Source: Lepidodermella squamata
Taxonomy: Eukaryota > Animalia > Gastrotricha
Assembly: GCA_047495785.1 (NCBI GenBank)
Contig: JBLDXI010000020.1
Coordinates: 2,294,001-2,358,000, forward strand
Length of the DNA: 64,000 bases
Direction of reading: 5' to 3'
Below, one piece after another: positions 49,401-62,332 of this stretch. Position 1 is the first letter of the stretch; the number at the start of each line of letters is the position of its first letter. The position numbers and the translations under genes were made by a program. The notes beneath the pieces were generated by a model. It was given only the letters and a program-made list of their open reading frames with translations. It was not told the DNA's origin and searched no databases.

Positions 49401-52400
49401 AACGGTCCAACCGTCCAAAAACTCCTATCAGACATGGCCGACTACTGCGACCCGATCGGACCAGAATTCCTAGTACCCTACGTCCTATCTCAGGCGATGA
49501 GCAGCAAAAGCCCGAAAACTCACCAGGAAGCCCTGAATTGGGCCGCTAGCGTTATGAACGACTTCGGCCTTCGTTTCACCCCGAAAGAAATCGTCCCGCT
49601 GATGAGGCAGGGCCTGCAATCAGCGAACGGAGCAGTCCGAACGTCGGCTATTGCCGCTTTTGGGAAATTGTTCCAGTTGACTGGACCCACCTTAAGAATG
49701 CTACTCGAGGACGAAAAACCGGCCTTGTTGCAACTCATCGACGCAGAATTTGAGCGGGTTAAAGATCAACCCGCCCCGAAGGCGACGAGAGGAATTCGAA
49801 AATCAGCCATTCCTGAGGGCGATGAAGTTGACGCGGCCGAGGCTGAGCAAAACGCAGCTCAAGCCGCTGCAGACGCTGAGGCGGCCCTCGAAGCGCTGCT
49901 ACCTCGAGTCGATATCAGTCAAAAATTCCAGGGCGAATTGATGGATCAGCTGGACGATAAGACTTCTTACAAAGTTCGAAAGGAAGCGATCGATAAGGTC
50001 CTTGAAATTATTAAGGAGGCTAAACTCATCCACCCACCCCTTGGAGATCTGCCGACAATTTTGGTGAAACGGTTGAAAGAGGCGAATAAAGTGCTGGTTC
50101 AAAGCGCGTTGACGGTTTGCGAACAGCTAGCAACGTCGATGGGCAAGAAAATTGCAGAACATATCTCAATTCTTGGCCCGGCGATTCTGATCAGTTTCGG
50201 CGATAACAAACCGCAAATTCGGCAACAGGCAACTGGCTGTATGACGGTTTGGCTGGAGCAGTGCAACAAAAATTTTGCGCCTTTTTTCGAAAATTTGCTG
50301 TTCAGCGCAGCGCTTCAGGCGGGTAATTCTACCCTGAGGGCTGAGTTGTTGACATGGCTGGGCAAGAATCTACCGCCAGCTATGTGCAGATTGCCGAAAG
50401 ATGATATGATTGCGTCGATTCCGTTCGTTTTATCGGCTATGGAAGATCGAAGTGCTGAGGTTCGGAAAGCTGGTCAAGAGGCTTTGTTGCCTATGATGAT
50501 CCACACAGGTATAAATAGAAACATAATTGTAAATTGAATAGATTCCGATCCTGCTTTTAAAATCAATTAATGAAGAGTTTATATGGCTAAAAAAAGATAA
50601 AATTGAATTCTTATTTTAACAAATGTACGTTGCCGATGGGAATAAAATCTTACGGAGAAATTCGGTCCAACCGGCTAAAATACGAAAAATTGTCGAAACA
50701 GTTACCATTGGGGTTGCTCTGTTAAATTTCGAATTTCTCAGGGGGAAATTACAGATGAAGGATGGGTGGTGTTCGACATATTTATTCTGTCACGAACATG
50801 ATCGGTGACGATGCCGATGATTTAGACGGGCGGATGTAACCTTTCAAGTAATTGCGAACACTTCCAGCTCTGTTTCGGAGTAGCTGTAGGGCCGAACGGA
50901 GGAACGGATGGGAGGCCAATAGTCTTACAGCACAGATCTTCTATAAACAGCCGGCACATAATTAATTGGCAAGCTGCGTTTATAAACTGCGAAAACATTG
51001 CGCCCTGAAACAGTCACCGTTACCTTACTAGGCGACTTAGCAGACAAATATATGGAGTAGAGATAGCGAAGAACCACGTCTTGTCGTCGCTGAACTGAAT
51101 CTGGCAGGAAGAACGTGTGAACGTCTGCGACGAGATCTTGTTAGCACCTATAACAGAGACCGACATGGTAAAATCTGCCAATTGGACATCCATGCTGAAA
51201 GCCAAGTGGAGCCTAAGTATGACAGTGAGTCAAGGGACATCAAGAGAAGAGAAACCGGGAGTAGTCTCAATAGAGAAAAAAGCGCCTCTAGCCTTAACAT
51301 GAACCGAATATTCATAGTCGAATACTTCGTCATTCCAAACAGCAACGTAAACTTAGGGTGTAGAAGCAGAATCAGACCAACCAGCAATTGCAGCAGTGTA
51401 GCAGGCTGCCAAATCAGAGGACGGGAATTTACATAGTGTCAGCGGCTGCGTTTGTCACATTCAGCCACGGAATGGCCGATTCATTCAGTTCCGAAAACCG
51501 AGGCAACGACCCCGGCGCTCGCTCGCACGACCTTGACCAAGTCGCCACGAAGGGCGGCAGCGCGAGCCTTGCGGACAAAGCACCACCTTGCCAGCCGGAT
51601 GACCTGGCCGGCAAAGGTGATGATCGCGAAACAAAGCGAGGCGTACACCGCCGCTTTCTGAGTGTCCACACCAATTCCCGATCGCGGGGGTTGTTCGAGT
51701 GAGGGGCGCGTTCCTTCATTCTTTTGCGTTAAAAAGCACAGTCTAGAAAACAAAACGTATTTGTTTATTGATGTGGAGTAGCAAGCCACGTGGCACGGCG
51801 TCACAACTATGAGGTTATAAACCGGCAAAGTGCCAACGCAAGGGGCGCAGCCGGCGACTACGAGGTCACCAGCAGGCGGGAAAGATCCGTGTGGTAACAA
51901 GTAATAACAAAAAATTGCATCAGTGATGTCAAAAGTCGGAGCCAGAGTCATGCCCAGAGTGACCCTGTCAAGAAAAGTACGCCGGATGTGGGCGCTACTT
52001 CCCATAAACAAATTTGTTGAACGCAGTGTACCACTCTAGCCAGGCGTCCGGGCTGTCCCCAAGCCCGCCAGGCCGGACGTGGTGATATCAAAGCTGCCGA
52101 CCGGCGTCGATGGCAACGCCGGCACGGCGCTCGAAGAAGGCCCAGCACTGTTCCACGGACAGGGGGCCAGGCGGGCGAGGCGTGCGCTTCGCGAAGCAGG
52201 GCAACCTAAAAGTTTGTCGTAGGGACGACGACGACACGTAGTCGAGCGTTCGGCCATGATTCCAAGGCGTGCTTCAACAAGTTTGAGAAACTAGGCAGTC
52301 CCGGAAAAGAAAAAGTAATTAACAGTAGACCATCGGGTAGTGAGCGGTCCGCAAAGCGGCGCTCAGTTGGTCCGTAGGAGCAGAGGTCTCGAGGAAGTAG

Positions 52401-55400
52401 TCCGCCCTGTTTAGCAAGTACTCGGTTGATTTTCTATTTTGCTTGGCTCTTCTTTCCAATCGCTGCTGTATAGCAGATGGACTGCCATCAGGGACCGGAA
52501 ATTTCATTACATTTTCTACAAGGTCGCTGACCATTCTTGAGGGCCCTTCGCCCTTTCATCTGCCTATTGCAAGTTTCAGCTTGGGGTCGAGCACTACCAT
52601 TGTCTTGACAATGCAGTCCTCGAGAGCCTGCACCTGGCTCTACCCATCATCATCTGCGCCAGCCTGTTCAAAAGCCTGCTCATCAAGGATTGGAGCATGA
52701 ACTGCTCGGCGCAGTCTCAGCGATTTGAGCCATCGAAACCAGTCGACAGACGCCGCATCAGAATCGCCACCGCCAGGCTTGCATTGCAAGTAGCCGTAGT
52801 ATATAAATAACGACCGCGTCAAAATGATGATGAGATGCATATCAGCACCGGCGCTCTCGATGCCTTCCCGTGCATAGGACGTCTCAAGTTGTTTTCGTGT
52901 AATTTTAAAAACAGCACAAACCGTTCACTTGCTGGTAGTTGTGCAGCAGCAAGTTTAGCCGAATCTGATCGGTGCCAATTATATCGTTATGATCAGGGGT
53001 CGAGTGGAATTTTCATATTCATTGAGTGGAATTTCCCGGAAATCTTATATTTTAGAGAGGAATTTTCCGCTAGCGAAGTTACAGAATAAACTCGATATTA
53101 ATCATCGCAATATGAGCTGTCCCTCATATCAGCAATACCGCTAGCCCGTGCCTTCATCATCATTGGCGGCCTCAATATCGACCTCATCGAGAAGTAATTT
53201 CTCCGGTTTCAGCTTTTCGACCGTTAGCCAACTCGGCCCAGAAGACCTCGATGCGATCTGTTACGTTCTGGTAGACTCTCTTTCTCGAAATTTTATAGTT
53301 AGCCGCCTTGGCACGACCATGACGGTCATCGGTCATGGCATACGATGCTTGTCTAGCCAGCACGGCAACAGGTTTCAGAATTTTTCGTAAGCTGGACCAG
53401 CTTTAAACCAATGTTCCAATCTTTGGTTTTGTTTTGAAAGCACCAACATGCTAGCATTCTCTTCAGGTCTTGATTCGTCCTTTCCACGCTGGCTCCTACC
53501 CTGGCTCCGCTGAAGGACAAAATAGTATTTTTTTCCTTTCAGGTGCTAAATAATTCTCTCAATGACATAGGAAAGCGTGGGTCATTGAAAGGATTAGAAA
53601 TCTTTCGCATTGAAAGTAAATGACTAAACCATTGAGAGTATTTTCTATTTATAATCGGGAGGACGAGAAAACGAGAGAAAAGTCGCATCACGATGAAATA
53701 TGCGGTTTTCGCTCGCAAAACTTATGTGACATGCTGTAATGTACATTTTAGACAGAATTATGCTTTTGTTGACCGAAAAGTAAGATTTCTCGGCAAAAAT
53801 GTGGCCGATATCCAATATTCTAGGCAGGAAGGGAGCATCTCAGAATATTTGTATTCTTCATAATTAGCCTGGAATAAGTTTTCGATTGTTGGCTGAGGAC
53901 AGCGCAGGTGTAGTAGCAACGTTAAGAATTCTAACAGCTCATTAGAATCTTCGAATTGCAAGTCAAATCATGGAAAATTGTTGAATCTTTTATCAAACCA
54001 GCTTAATCAAAAATTATAAATTCCTCCTTAAAAATCTTTAATATTAAATATATTATTCATTTTTTAGGTTACGAGCCTTTCTCGAAGGCTGTCGAAGCTC
54101 TCAAACCCGCATCCCGCGACCAGTTATCGCCACTTGTTGACAAAGCGAAGAGCGAACTACCGCCACCACCTGCCCGGGCGCAACCAGCAATGGACCGCAG
54201 CCAGACCATGGTGAAAAAACCAGCCGGTAAAGCTCCAGCCGCAAAACCAGCCTCAGCCGCCCCGCCGGTTGAAAAATCGATCAGTCCAACCGAGCAGCGA
54301 CCAGTCAAAAGCGCCGCATCGCCTAAATCGGGAATGTCTAAATCCGCGACTTCTCCTATGAAAAACCGTGCGATGAGTGCTGCTAATTTGAATTCCCCTG
54401 TCGCCCCAGTCGCGCCGGTTTCATCCTCCATCGATGAACCGATCGCGGCTCTATTCGACGAAAAAGCCAGCACGCCGGCGATGAAGGACGCCCGGTATCG
54501 CGAGGAGTCGAAATTGAAACTGCTGAAATGGAATTTCAGCCAGCCCAGCAAGGAATATCTCGACCAATTGAGGAAACAAATCACAAATGCGAATTTCTCG
54601 GCCCTCCTTATCGAAGGCCTGTTCGCGTCGGATGTTCGCCAACACATCAGGGCGATTGATCAAATCGCGGTGTATGCCGAGCGGAAACCAGTTATTGTCT
54701 ACTCGAATATCGATTTGATTTTCAAATGGCTTACCCTTCGATTTTTCGACAATAACACAACACTGCACATTCGCTGCTTCCGATTTTTGCTTGGCCTACT
54801 GCCGCTTTTCGGCGCGTCGAAACTTCGTTTGTCCGACAGTGATGTCGCGTGCTTCTTCCCGTACCTCCTGGTTAAGGTGGGCGACCCGAAGGACAACATT
54901 CGCCGCGATGTCCATGCGATTATTCGAGCAATGTGTGACGTATACCCTGTCCATAAACTCGTGCCATGGATTATTGAAGGCCTGAAATCGAAAAACGCGA
55001 AACAGCGTGCGGAGTGCCTTGACCAGTTGACAACGTTTTTCAACGATTTCGACATGACAACTGTCGGCTGTGACCAGGCTGCGTTGATTTCGATTCTACG
55101 CTCAGTTGCCGGGCAGGTCGCGGATCGAGACGGGTCGGTGCGTAATTCGGCCCTGTCCTGCCTGGTTGTCGCGGCTAGTCGGCAGGGTTTCGGCCCTGAG
55201 GGGGTGCTGAACCATACTGCAGCTGTTATGCAGCCGAAAGAAAGGGCGATGTTGGAGGAACGGTTGAAACGGACGTGCCCGGGCGGGTTCGATACCGAAC
55301 AACCCGCCGGACCGGGTACGGTGGTCAAATCGATGGGAACGCCCAATGTCCCGCCGAATATGGCTGGAACCGCTACTTTGACCAGGCCATCACGAGGCTC

Positions 55401-58293
55401 AGCGACCCCGTTAGCCAGCGGCGATCCTATGGTAAGCCGCGGGTCTGGGGTTATCAGCACCCCGGGTACTAACGGGTCGATGCAAATCGCAGCTAATGCC
55501 GGGCAGAAGACGATAACTCGTCGCAATTCCTCTTCGACCCGACCAGCCCCGCGGGTCGGGCCTGGTTCGAGTTTGCAGATCCCAAGCGCTGAGCCTCCGT
55601 CGGTCACCCCGGATATTATGGGACAGCAGGGTTCGGGCACCTCGACCAGGTCAGCGTCGCCGTCTCCCGTCCGCCAATCCGCCGCGATTCAGCCGCTGCA
55701 GCCCGTCGCGCCTACTCAGCGGTTCGAAGACCCGTTCGGCCAGAACTGGGCCCCGCCTGCCCTCCCGCCCGCTCTACCCCCGTTCACCCTAGCCGAGGAG
55801 TTCCTGAACGAACCGCCTCTAGTCATGCCGACCAGGTCCATCGACCCCAACACCCTGCCTGCTAGTAACAGCATGGTGCCTAGCATCCTGGCGCGACTCA
55901 ACAGCGCCGGGTTGTCGGTTGCGTCTTCCGAAATTATGACACCCCTCATTCATTTGTCGCTGACTGCCGCTAACCGGCGCATCAATCTCGAGCCGCATTG
56001 TGATCAGGTGGTTAGCACGTTGACTTCCCTACTTCGCCGCGTTTGCGACGCCCTATCGCCCGGCTCTGTGCCTGATCTCTACCGAACCGAGGCGAATTAC
56101 TACCAGATTTTGTCGTCGCTGTGCTCGCACCTCGAAGACCTTCACTCGAAATTGTTCCAGGCGAAATCGCCATTTGCGCAGAAAGTCTCGCTGCGAATTC
56201 TCCGAGATCATCTCTCGCTGCTAACCAACCAAATTTCAGCGTTTTCCGTCTATCTAAACCCGATCCATGAGCAGAAGAAGCACGCGCCTGATACGATGAG
56301 TGCGACGCCGTATGACGCGCATCAGGAGGCGCAAACCGCCCTGCTCCATCGGTTGATCGCAATTTTGAAATCGGTTGTCCGATCGGCGAATTGCGGCACC
56401 CTGTGCGTTGTGCTCATCGAATTGTTGCAAGAAAGCGTTCAGAAGCAGAGCGTGGCTGGTGAAAGTGCGATCAATACCGGCGTGAAGGATCTGATTTTGA
56501 AGGCGCTGTGGAATATCACGAGGCATATCGAAGAGCGGCAGAATGAAATTCACAATTCTGCCTGCAATTGGGAGGCGATTGTTGGCGCGGCTCATCGCTT
56601 CTTCGTCGCTTTCCCGCCCAGCTTTTGGGCAAATCAAGGTTTGAAAAATTCAGTGGCAAAATTTTAATATTTTCAAGAATTTTTTTTTTTACAGATTCAG
56701 TGCCTGCTCGAACTGTTCGGACAGTTTTCAACGCCGCCATTGTCCATCTTGGCCTTGGGAAGCATATTTTGGCTTGCTATGAAAAGATTCTGCCCGATAC
56801 CTATAGTCAATCTCAATTTTATGGCTGGATTCTCAGTAAGTTCGAATATATATTACCTGGGATAAAAGAACTCCTATGTCTCAGAAATTTTACCTCTCAA
56901 TAAAGGCTTCCCATAATTAATTTGGTAATGGGAAAGGGTACTAATAAGACGGGACAAATAAGACAAATCCTGATCATAGCCCTAATCCTAACCCTAAGGG
57001 TGTGTTTTTCTATTCACCCTGGAATTTCGGGAAGCTCAGGTGTAGGCACCGATGACAGATTTTTCGATGTAAGCACCAGAGGTTTTCGGGCAGTGAAGTC
57101 TTCTACACAGCTCCAAATTGTCATTTCAATATGAGCTTCAGAAGTCGGCGACCCGAATATAAAAAAACACACCCTAACCCTAACCCAATAATATAATTAT
57201 TTTTTATCTGTCTCATTTGTCCCGTCTTAGTTTTCCTGTCTTAATTGTCTCGTCCCATGTTCCCATACGGGGTAATGCGGCCAAGTCGAATTAAGGCAAA
57301 AATGAGCAGTTTTTTTTTCAAGTTTCTTGAAATTTTGTACAATTTCGTGTTAAAAATATAAATTTTTACGTGTCTGCGTATTTGAATTGACCAAGTTAAA
57401 AATGGGGGTTGATTTTCCAGATCAATGAACGAGGAGTCTAGCGATATCAAAATTATGTTGATAGGCATCAGGGTTGTTGAGAAAATTGGCTTCAAAGTTT
57501 ACCGGTGAAAATTTCGAAAAATGCGCGCTTAAACAATTTAGTTGTTGCAATAAATTCTGATCCTACATTGTTATGCGCTGTCGAGATTTTTTGGGGTTAT
57601 CTGTGATGAGAAATTTAGAGGAATCTTCAAACATGTTGATAGAGTAAAGCTTCCAAGCCAACTTGAATAAATTAGCCTTTCCGGTGACACTTTGGGGTCT
57701 CCCGACTTTTAAGGCGGATGGGAGCCTAGAGGTTGGAAATTTGAAAATTCAAAATCTTCAAGAAAAGCTGAGTGAGAACATCTAGGATTCCAAGAATTAC
57801 GAAGTCAATTTGAAAAGTGTATTTCTAGGAGAAACATGGAGGTTAATGTTTCAAGTTCCGGAGATTTTTGTTATTCATATGAATAATCTTTTATTGCCAT
57901 TTTCGGGACTTGGGCGGAACTTTTATTTTTCTGGAAAAGAATCCAATGCGTTGTCTTGAAATTTCAGCCATTTTTTTCTGATCGATTATCGCCCTCGTGG
58001 TGAATTTAAATCGTATCGTATCGTATGGATTAGGGTTGAAAATTTAATTATTCATTATTAAGACAGATGTGAAAGCGTTTACACTTTCTAACATTTGAAC
58101 TCGGAATTTTTCAGACTGCTATCAAAAGCACAATGCATCAAATGTGAACGGAAACGGTCATAACGGTCATCACAATGGAACAAATGGATCTTCGCAGAAG
58201 GAAAACGGCATCGGAGCCGGCGCAAGCAGCCTGATCGCAACTTCCGGCTACGACACGGCCGTATCGCAAGAAATCGCTCAGTTGAAAATGTGA
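46429..58293 (+). CDS. CKAP5: XMAP215/ch-TOG/mini spindles microtubule polymerase (exons ~46429-46485, 46542-46865, 46922-48598, 49326-50508, 54068-56638, 56695-56835, 58115-58293)
   Basis: TOG1 (HKNWKARVAGY), TOG2 (KKWQERKEAL), TOG3 (SNWKERQ), TOG4 (PRVDISQKF), TOG5 (KLKLLKWNF, WLTLRFFD.N, KNAKQRAECL). Confidence 0.95.
48784..49150 (+). mobile_element. Second copy of the 37230 MITE family in a CKAP5 intron
   Basis: Collinear similarity to 37230-37610. Confidence 0.75.
50790..53500 (-). mobile_element. Highly degenerate Ty3/gypsy-like retrotransposon relic in a CKAP5 intron
   Basis: GC-rich, stop-ridden block. Gag-like segments at ~52320-52790 and RNase H-like RPYSYSETELEVFAI at ~50850-50900. 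No LTR pair was identified. Confidence 0.45.
56925..57270. mobile_element. MITE with central CCCTAA repeats
   Basis: Inverted arms TAAGACGGGACAAAT and ATTTGTCCCGTCTTA flank CCCTAA units. Confidence 0.7.
56998..57174. mobile_element. PIF/Harbinger-type MITE inserted in the CCCTAA tract
   Basis: TIR GGGTGTGTTTTT..TATTC, with TAA duplicated at 56995-56997 and 57175-57177. Confidence 0.75.
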
Positions 58294-58934
58294 CAAACTA
58301 GCGTAGTTGTTAAATTTCTTCTGTAATAAAAATAAAATAAGCAATTTGCCTGCTCAAAGTATGATCAAATAATGAAGTTTACAAAAAAAATTACAATAAA
58401 AATGCAACCGAACAAATGCAACCTCCTCGCTTTTGTCCGACAGTAGTTATATTTCGTTACGCGGCACTGCTTGTATTCGTTTTTCGCTTCTTGGTATTAC
58501 ACACCTATTGCGATGATATTCTTATTATTATATAAAAATTTCCTTCGACTGGTTTTAATGACGATATTGATCTTACTCGCGTGTGTGTTTTAAACTCTTG
58601 TTACTGAAAATCATGGTAGTAGTTTCGCACGCTTTTTCACACGTTTTCACCTGTTATTATTGCTGCATCTCGGTGTGTCCTTTGCATGGTTCGCTTGTGA
58701 AAACTATATGAAATACTGAATTCTATTGGCTGATATGCAATATAGGTGCAGTTGTGTCCTCTTTCGCTCCGGTATATTGGTACCTTCTTCTTATTATTAT
58801 AGCGACATTTTGTAGTCATTTACGATCTTTTGTCAACTGCGACTTTCCGAAGTTATCAGTGCTTCTTTATTGTGAAAGTAAATCCTTGATACAAAACACA
58901 AAAAACGTCGATTTTTAGCGTATAATTAAAAAAA

Positions 58935-59626
58935 ATGCTGACAAATATTGAAATCAAGGCAAAGTTGGACGAATCTCAGGTTGATTGGGTCGTTGATCAA
59001 GCCTACGCTTTGGCCGGGGGCAGCTCATCTCATCCAGCTAAAGTAGAAAATCTAGACCAAATGGACACGTTTTTTCATTGTGTTATCCCGGGGAAGAGAC
59101 TGAAGTTACGAGAGCAGACAATTAATGGCAAGGTATTTGCGCTATAAATAGGTAAATTGAGTAAAAACTATCATCATTTAGCGCGAAAAAGCTGAACTAA
59201 TTGTCTACGCGCGGCCTGATCAGGTTGGTCCGAAATCTAGTGATGTGACGAAAATTCATTTCGATCAATCTGAGGTTGAAGGACTAAAGGTTGATATTTG
59301 AACTTTTTCTAATTTTCAAGCTGCAAATAATTTTTCAGCTTGTTTTGGGTCAATCGCTTGGAATTCGCGGTGAAGTAGCTAAGAGTCGGAAGCTGATTCT
59401 GATCGGTCAAACTCGAGTTCACATCGATAACGTAAGAGGACTGGGCCATTTTCTCGAGCTCGAAGTTGTTCTGCGCCCGGGTCAAACAGCTCAAGAAGGT
59501 CAGGCTACAGCTGAGGACATTATGAAGAGCTTGAAAATACCTCAATCAAGCCTCGTTGGACCGGCCTATGTGGACTTGTTGCTTGCAAAATCGTGCTGTA
59601 AAGAAACAGAGAGTCTCTCCGCTTAA
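58935..59626 (+). CDS. CYTH-domain (CyaB/class IV adenylyl cyclase-like, triphosphate tunnel) protein (exons 58935-59132, 59182-59289, 59339-59626)
   Basis: NIEIKAK (ExExK-like), QMDTFF, RLKLR, YARPD..GPK.S, KSR..ILIGQTRVHID.V.GLG.FLELEV, AYVDLL. Confidence 0.9.
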
Positions 59627-60859
59627 TTGTGAAGGAAAACTAAAAAAAATACGAAAAATAAAAAAGCGATATCACACCACCTGTTGATCGCCTGACACTT
59701 TTTATTATAGTCCCAAGCATCATAAAATAGCGAACCAGGGTGAAACGAATAGCCATCTTCAAGGGAAATTCAGTTAAATTCAGCAGAGGCAAAGCAGTGG
59801 TCATGTTTTTTCTTTCGCAATTTATTATTTTTTCATCCTCCCTTTCGAATTTTAAGTCATTCCTACAATTTTGGTCGGGTGGATATATTCATTTTTTGTG
59901 ATCAATTTTCAATGAACAAACTTATACTAATTGTTTTTGGAAACGTGGGTCGAGCAGCTTCTGTTGGATTTGCCATCTTTACCTATAGTATAGGTACAGA
60001 AATCGACGTTGCAATTTTGCTAAAAAAAACTGAAATGCGCTTCAGAATTTGCAAGGATCAGGTTTTATTTTTCAAGCTGGTGCATGCTTGCGCGCGAAAA
60101 TATTATTTTTCGCCCTAATTTTTGGCAAAAGTGTAACCCTGTAACCTCACCTGGCACTCAGACACAGGATTTTATATTTTATAATCGCCAAGCGGTCAAA
60201 ATCGGGTGTTTTATACGAATTCTTTATGCATCATCGCTCTCTCGAATTGCCAATCCGTATCTTCGGTTTTTTGGCATGTTTTTGTTTTTATGCGAGACAA
60301 ACTTTCGGATTTCAATGCACAGCAATCCATCTACCCTGTGAACTTCATGCAAAACAATGTGCGGAATCCGAGAACTACATCATACACTTTTTTATCCTGC
60401 TAACCGGTGTAATATTTACACGGCCCAGTATTACCTCAGTTGTATTCCCCACTCTTATCAGCTGACGGTCCTGAATTCTAGCTTTTATCACTTTCAATGG
60501 ACTGAAAATGCGAAACGCCGCCACATATTTTGTGGTATGTATAATATTATGTATAATTACGAGTCTGTCTGAAATTTTGAGGCTTTGGTGTTTTCGCTTA
60601 TACCTAGTTATCCAAGATCTTCGGTTCAGGTGTCCGACCAAGTGAAAAAAGACACAGCACCGAATGTTGTTTATGCGTTCATTTTATAACCCAGACAGAG
60701 CTAGGTGCTAACCATTGAATGGCTTTGAAATGCACTGGCGTCCTCAGTCCTTACGGTGTGGTAATTTTGCTCGCGACATATGAATGAGGCCGAATTAGCT
60801 TGCATCATTTTTTACATATTTATTAACAGGTTTTTTAGAGATCATTATTTCCGGTGAAA

Positions 60860-62332
60860 ATGGCTGCTGATAACCTGAGCGTCGTCCTGAAGGGCGTCAA
60901 AGACCTTCAGCTGGAGAATCGGACCACACCCCAACCGAAGGCTGGTGGTTCGTGATAAAAAAATGATAACTAGAAACACCAAAAATTAAAGTGAATTTTT
61001 TTAGAGGTTCAAATTGCTATGCGAGCTGTCGGTATATGCTGTAGTGACGTGAGGAAAAGCAATTTTTGAAACGATTTCGATTATAACAAGTTGATTTTTC
61101 AGGTTCACTACTACCAACACGGCCGAATCGGTGATTTTGTTGTGAAAGCACCTATGGTGATGGGCCATGAGGTGGGAAATTTTCACGCTTTCAAATTTTT
61201 AAAATTTGAATTTCTTTTAAGGGATCGGGTTTAATTACAGCAGTTGGTGAAGGAGTGACCCATGTCAAAGTTGGCGATCGCGTGACGATTGAACCAGGAG
61301 GTTAATGATGTGGATAAAAAATGGAACAATATTAAGGCCTATTTTTCTTTAAAATAGTTACCTGCGGTCGATGCGAATATTGCAAGGGCGGAAAATACAA
61401 CTTGTGCCCTGATGTCGTGTTTTGTGCCACACCCCCTTATGATGGAAACATGTGCCGCCACTACGTCCAACGCGCCGACTTCGTTTACAAGTATGAAAAA
61501 TTATTTATAAAGATTGAAAAATTATTTTTTGTTACAGAATTCCTGACACTATGAGCTGGCAACAAGCCGCGCTGTGCGAGCCTGTTGCCTGTGCCGTCTC
61601 AGCTTGCCGCCGCGCCAGCATCGGAATCGGCTACAGCGTTCTCATCTTTGGCGCCGGGCCAATTGGATTACTGACAGCTATGGTCGCGCGAGCCAGTGGT
61701 GCGTGTCGCATTGTCCTGGTTGACATTGCGCAGGCTCGCCTTGACTTCGCCAAAGAGGCTATGGGCAACGATCCTAATGTTGGCCTCTACCAGTCGAATG
61801 TTAAAACAGCGCCTAAAGACACAGCGGCTGATATTGTCGCCAAAATGTTCGCAGGAAAAGCACCCGATGCAACAATCGAGTGCAGCGGTGCGGAAAGCGC
61901 TATTCAAGCTGCGATATATGTACAGTCAATAATTATTTTTTTAATCGAATTTATTAATATTATTTTTTATTAAGGCAACAAAGAGTGGCGGCGTTGCGAT
62001 GTTGGTCGGCATGGGACCGAATCCTTTGCTCAACATTCCAATTATTGATGCACTTTGTCGCGAAGTTGACATTCGTGGAATGTTCCGATACGCCAATTGG
62101 TAATAATTTCAATTTAAAATTTTTTATTCAATTTTAATGATATTTTCTCAGTTTTCCAACGGCTGTTGCTCTCATTGCTAGCGGAAAGGTAGACGCGCTA
62201 AAATTGGTGACTCACTGTGTCCCACTCGAAGAGGGAATCAAGGCTTACGAATTATCGGCTAACCCAGCTCAGTCGGGCGCAGTCAAGGTCATGGTCAACT
62301 GCGAAGCTGGTGCATCGTGTGAAATTAAATAA
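60860..62332 (+). CDS. SORD: Sorbitol dehydrogenase (zinc MDR family), about 8 exons
   Basis: [86 protein letters not shown]. Confidence 0.95.

Noticed and set aside
54699-55640. 313-aa minus-strand ORF, and similar ORFs at 13255-13827 and 54069-54647
   Set aside because: These are antisense shadows of GC-rich CKAP5 and laminin exons with no independent motifs.
58935-59626. Recent horizontal transfer or bacterial contamination for the CYTH gene
   Set aside because: It has two canonical host-size introns, host-like composition and animal genes on both sides.
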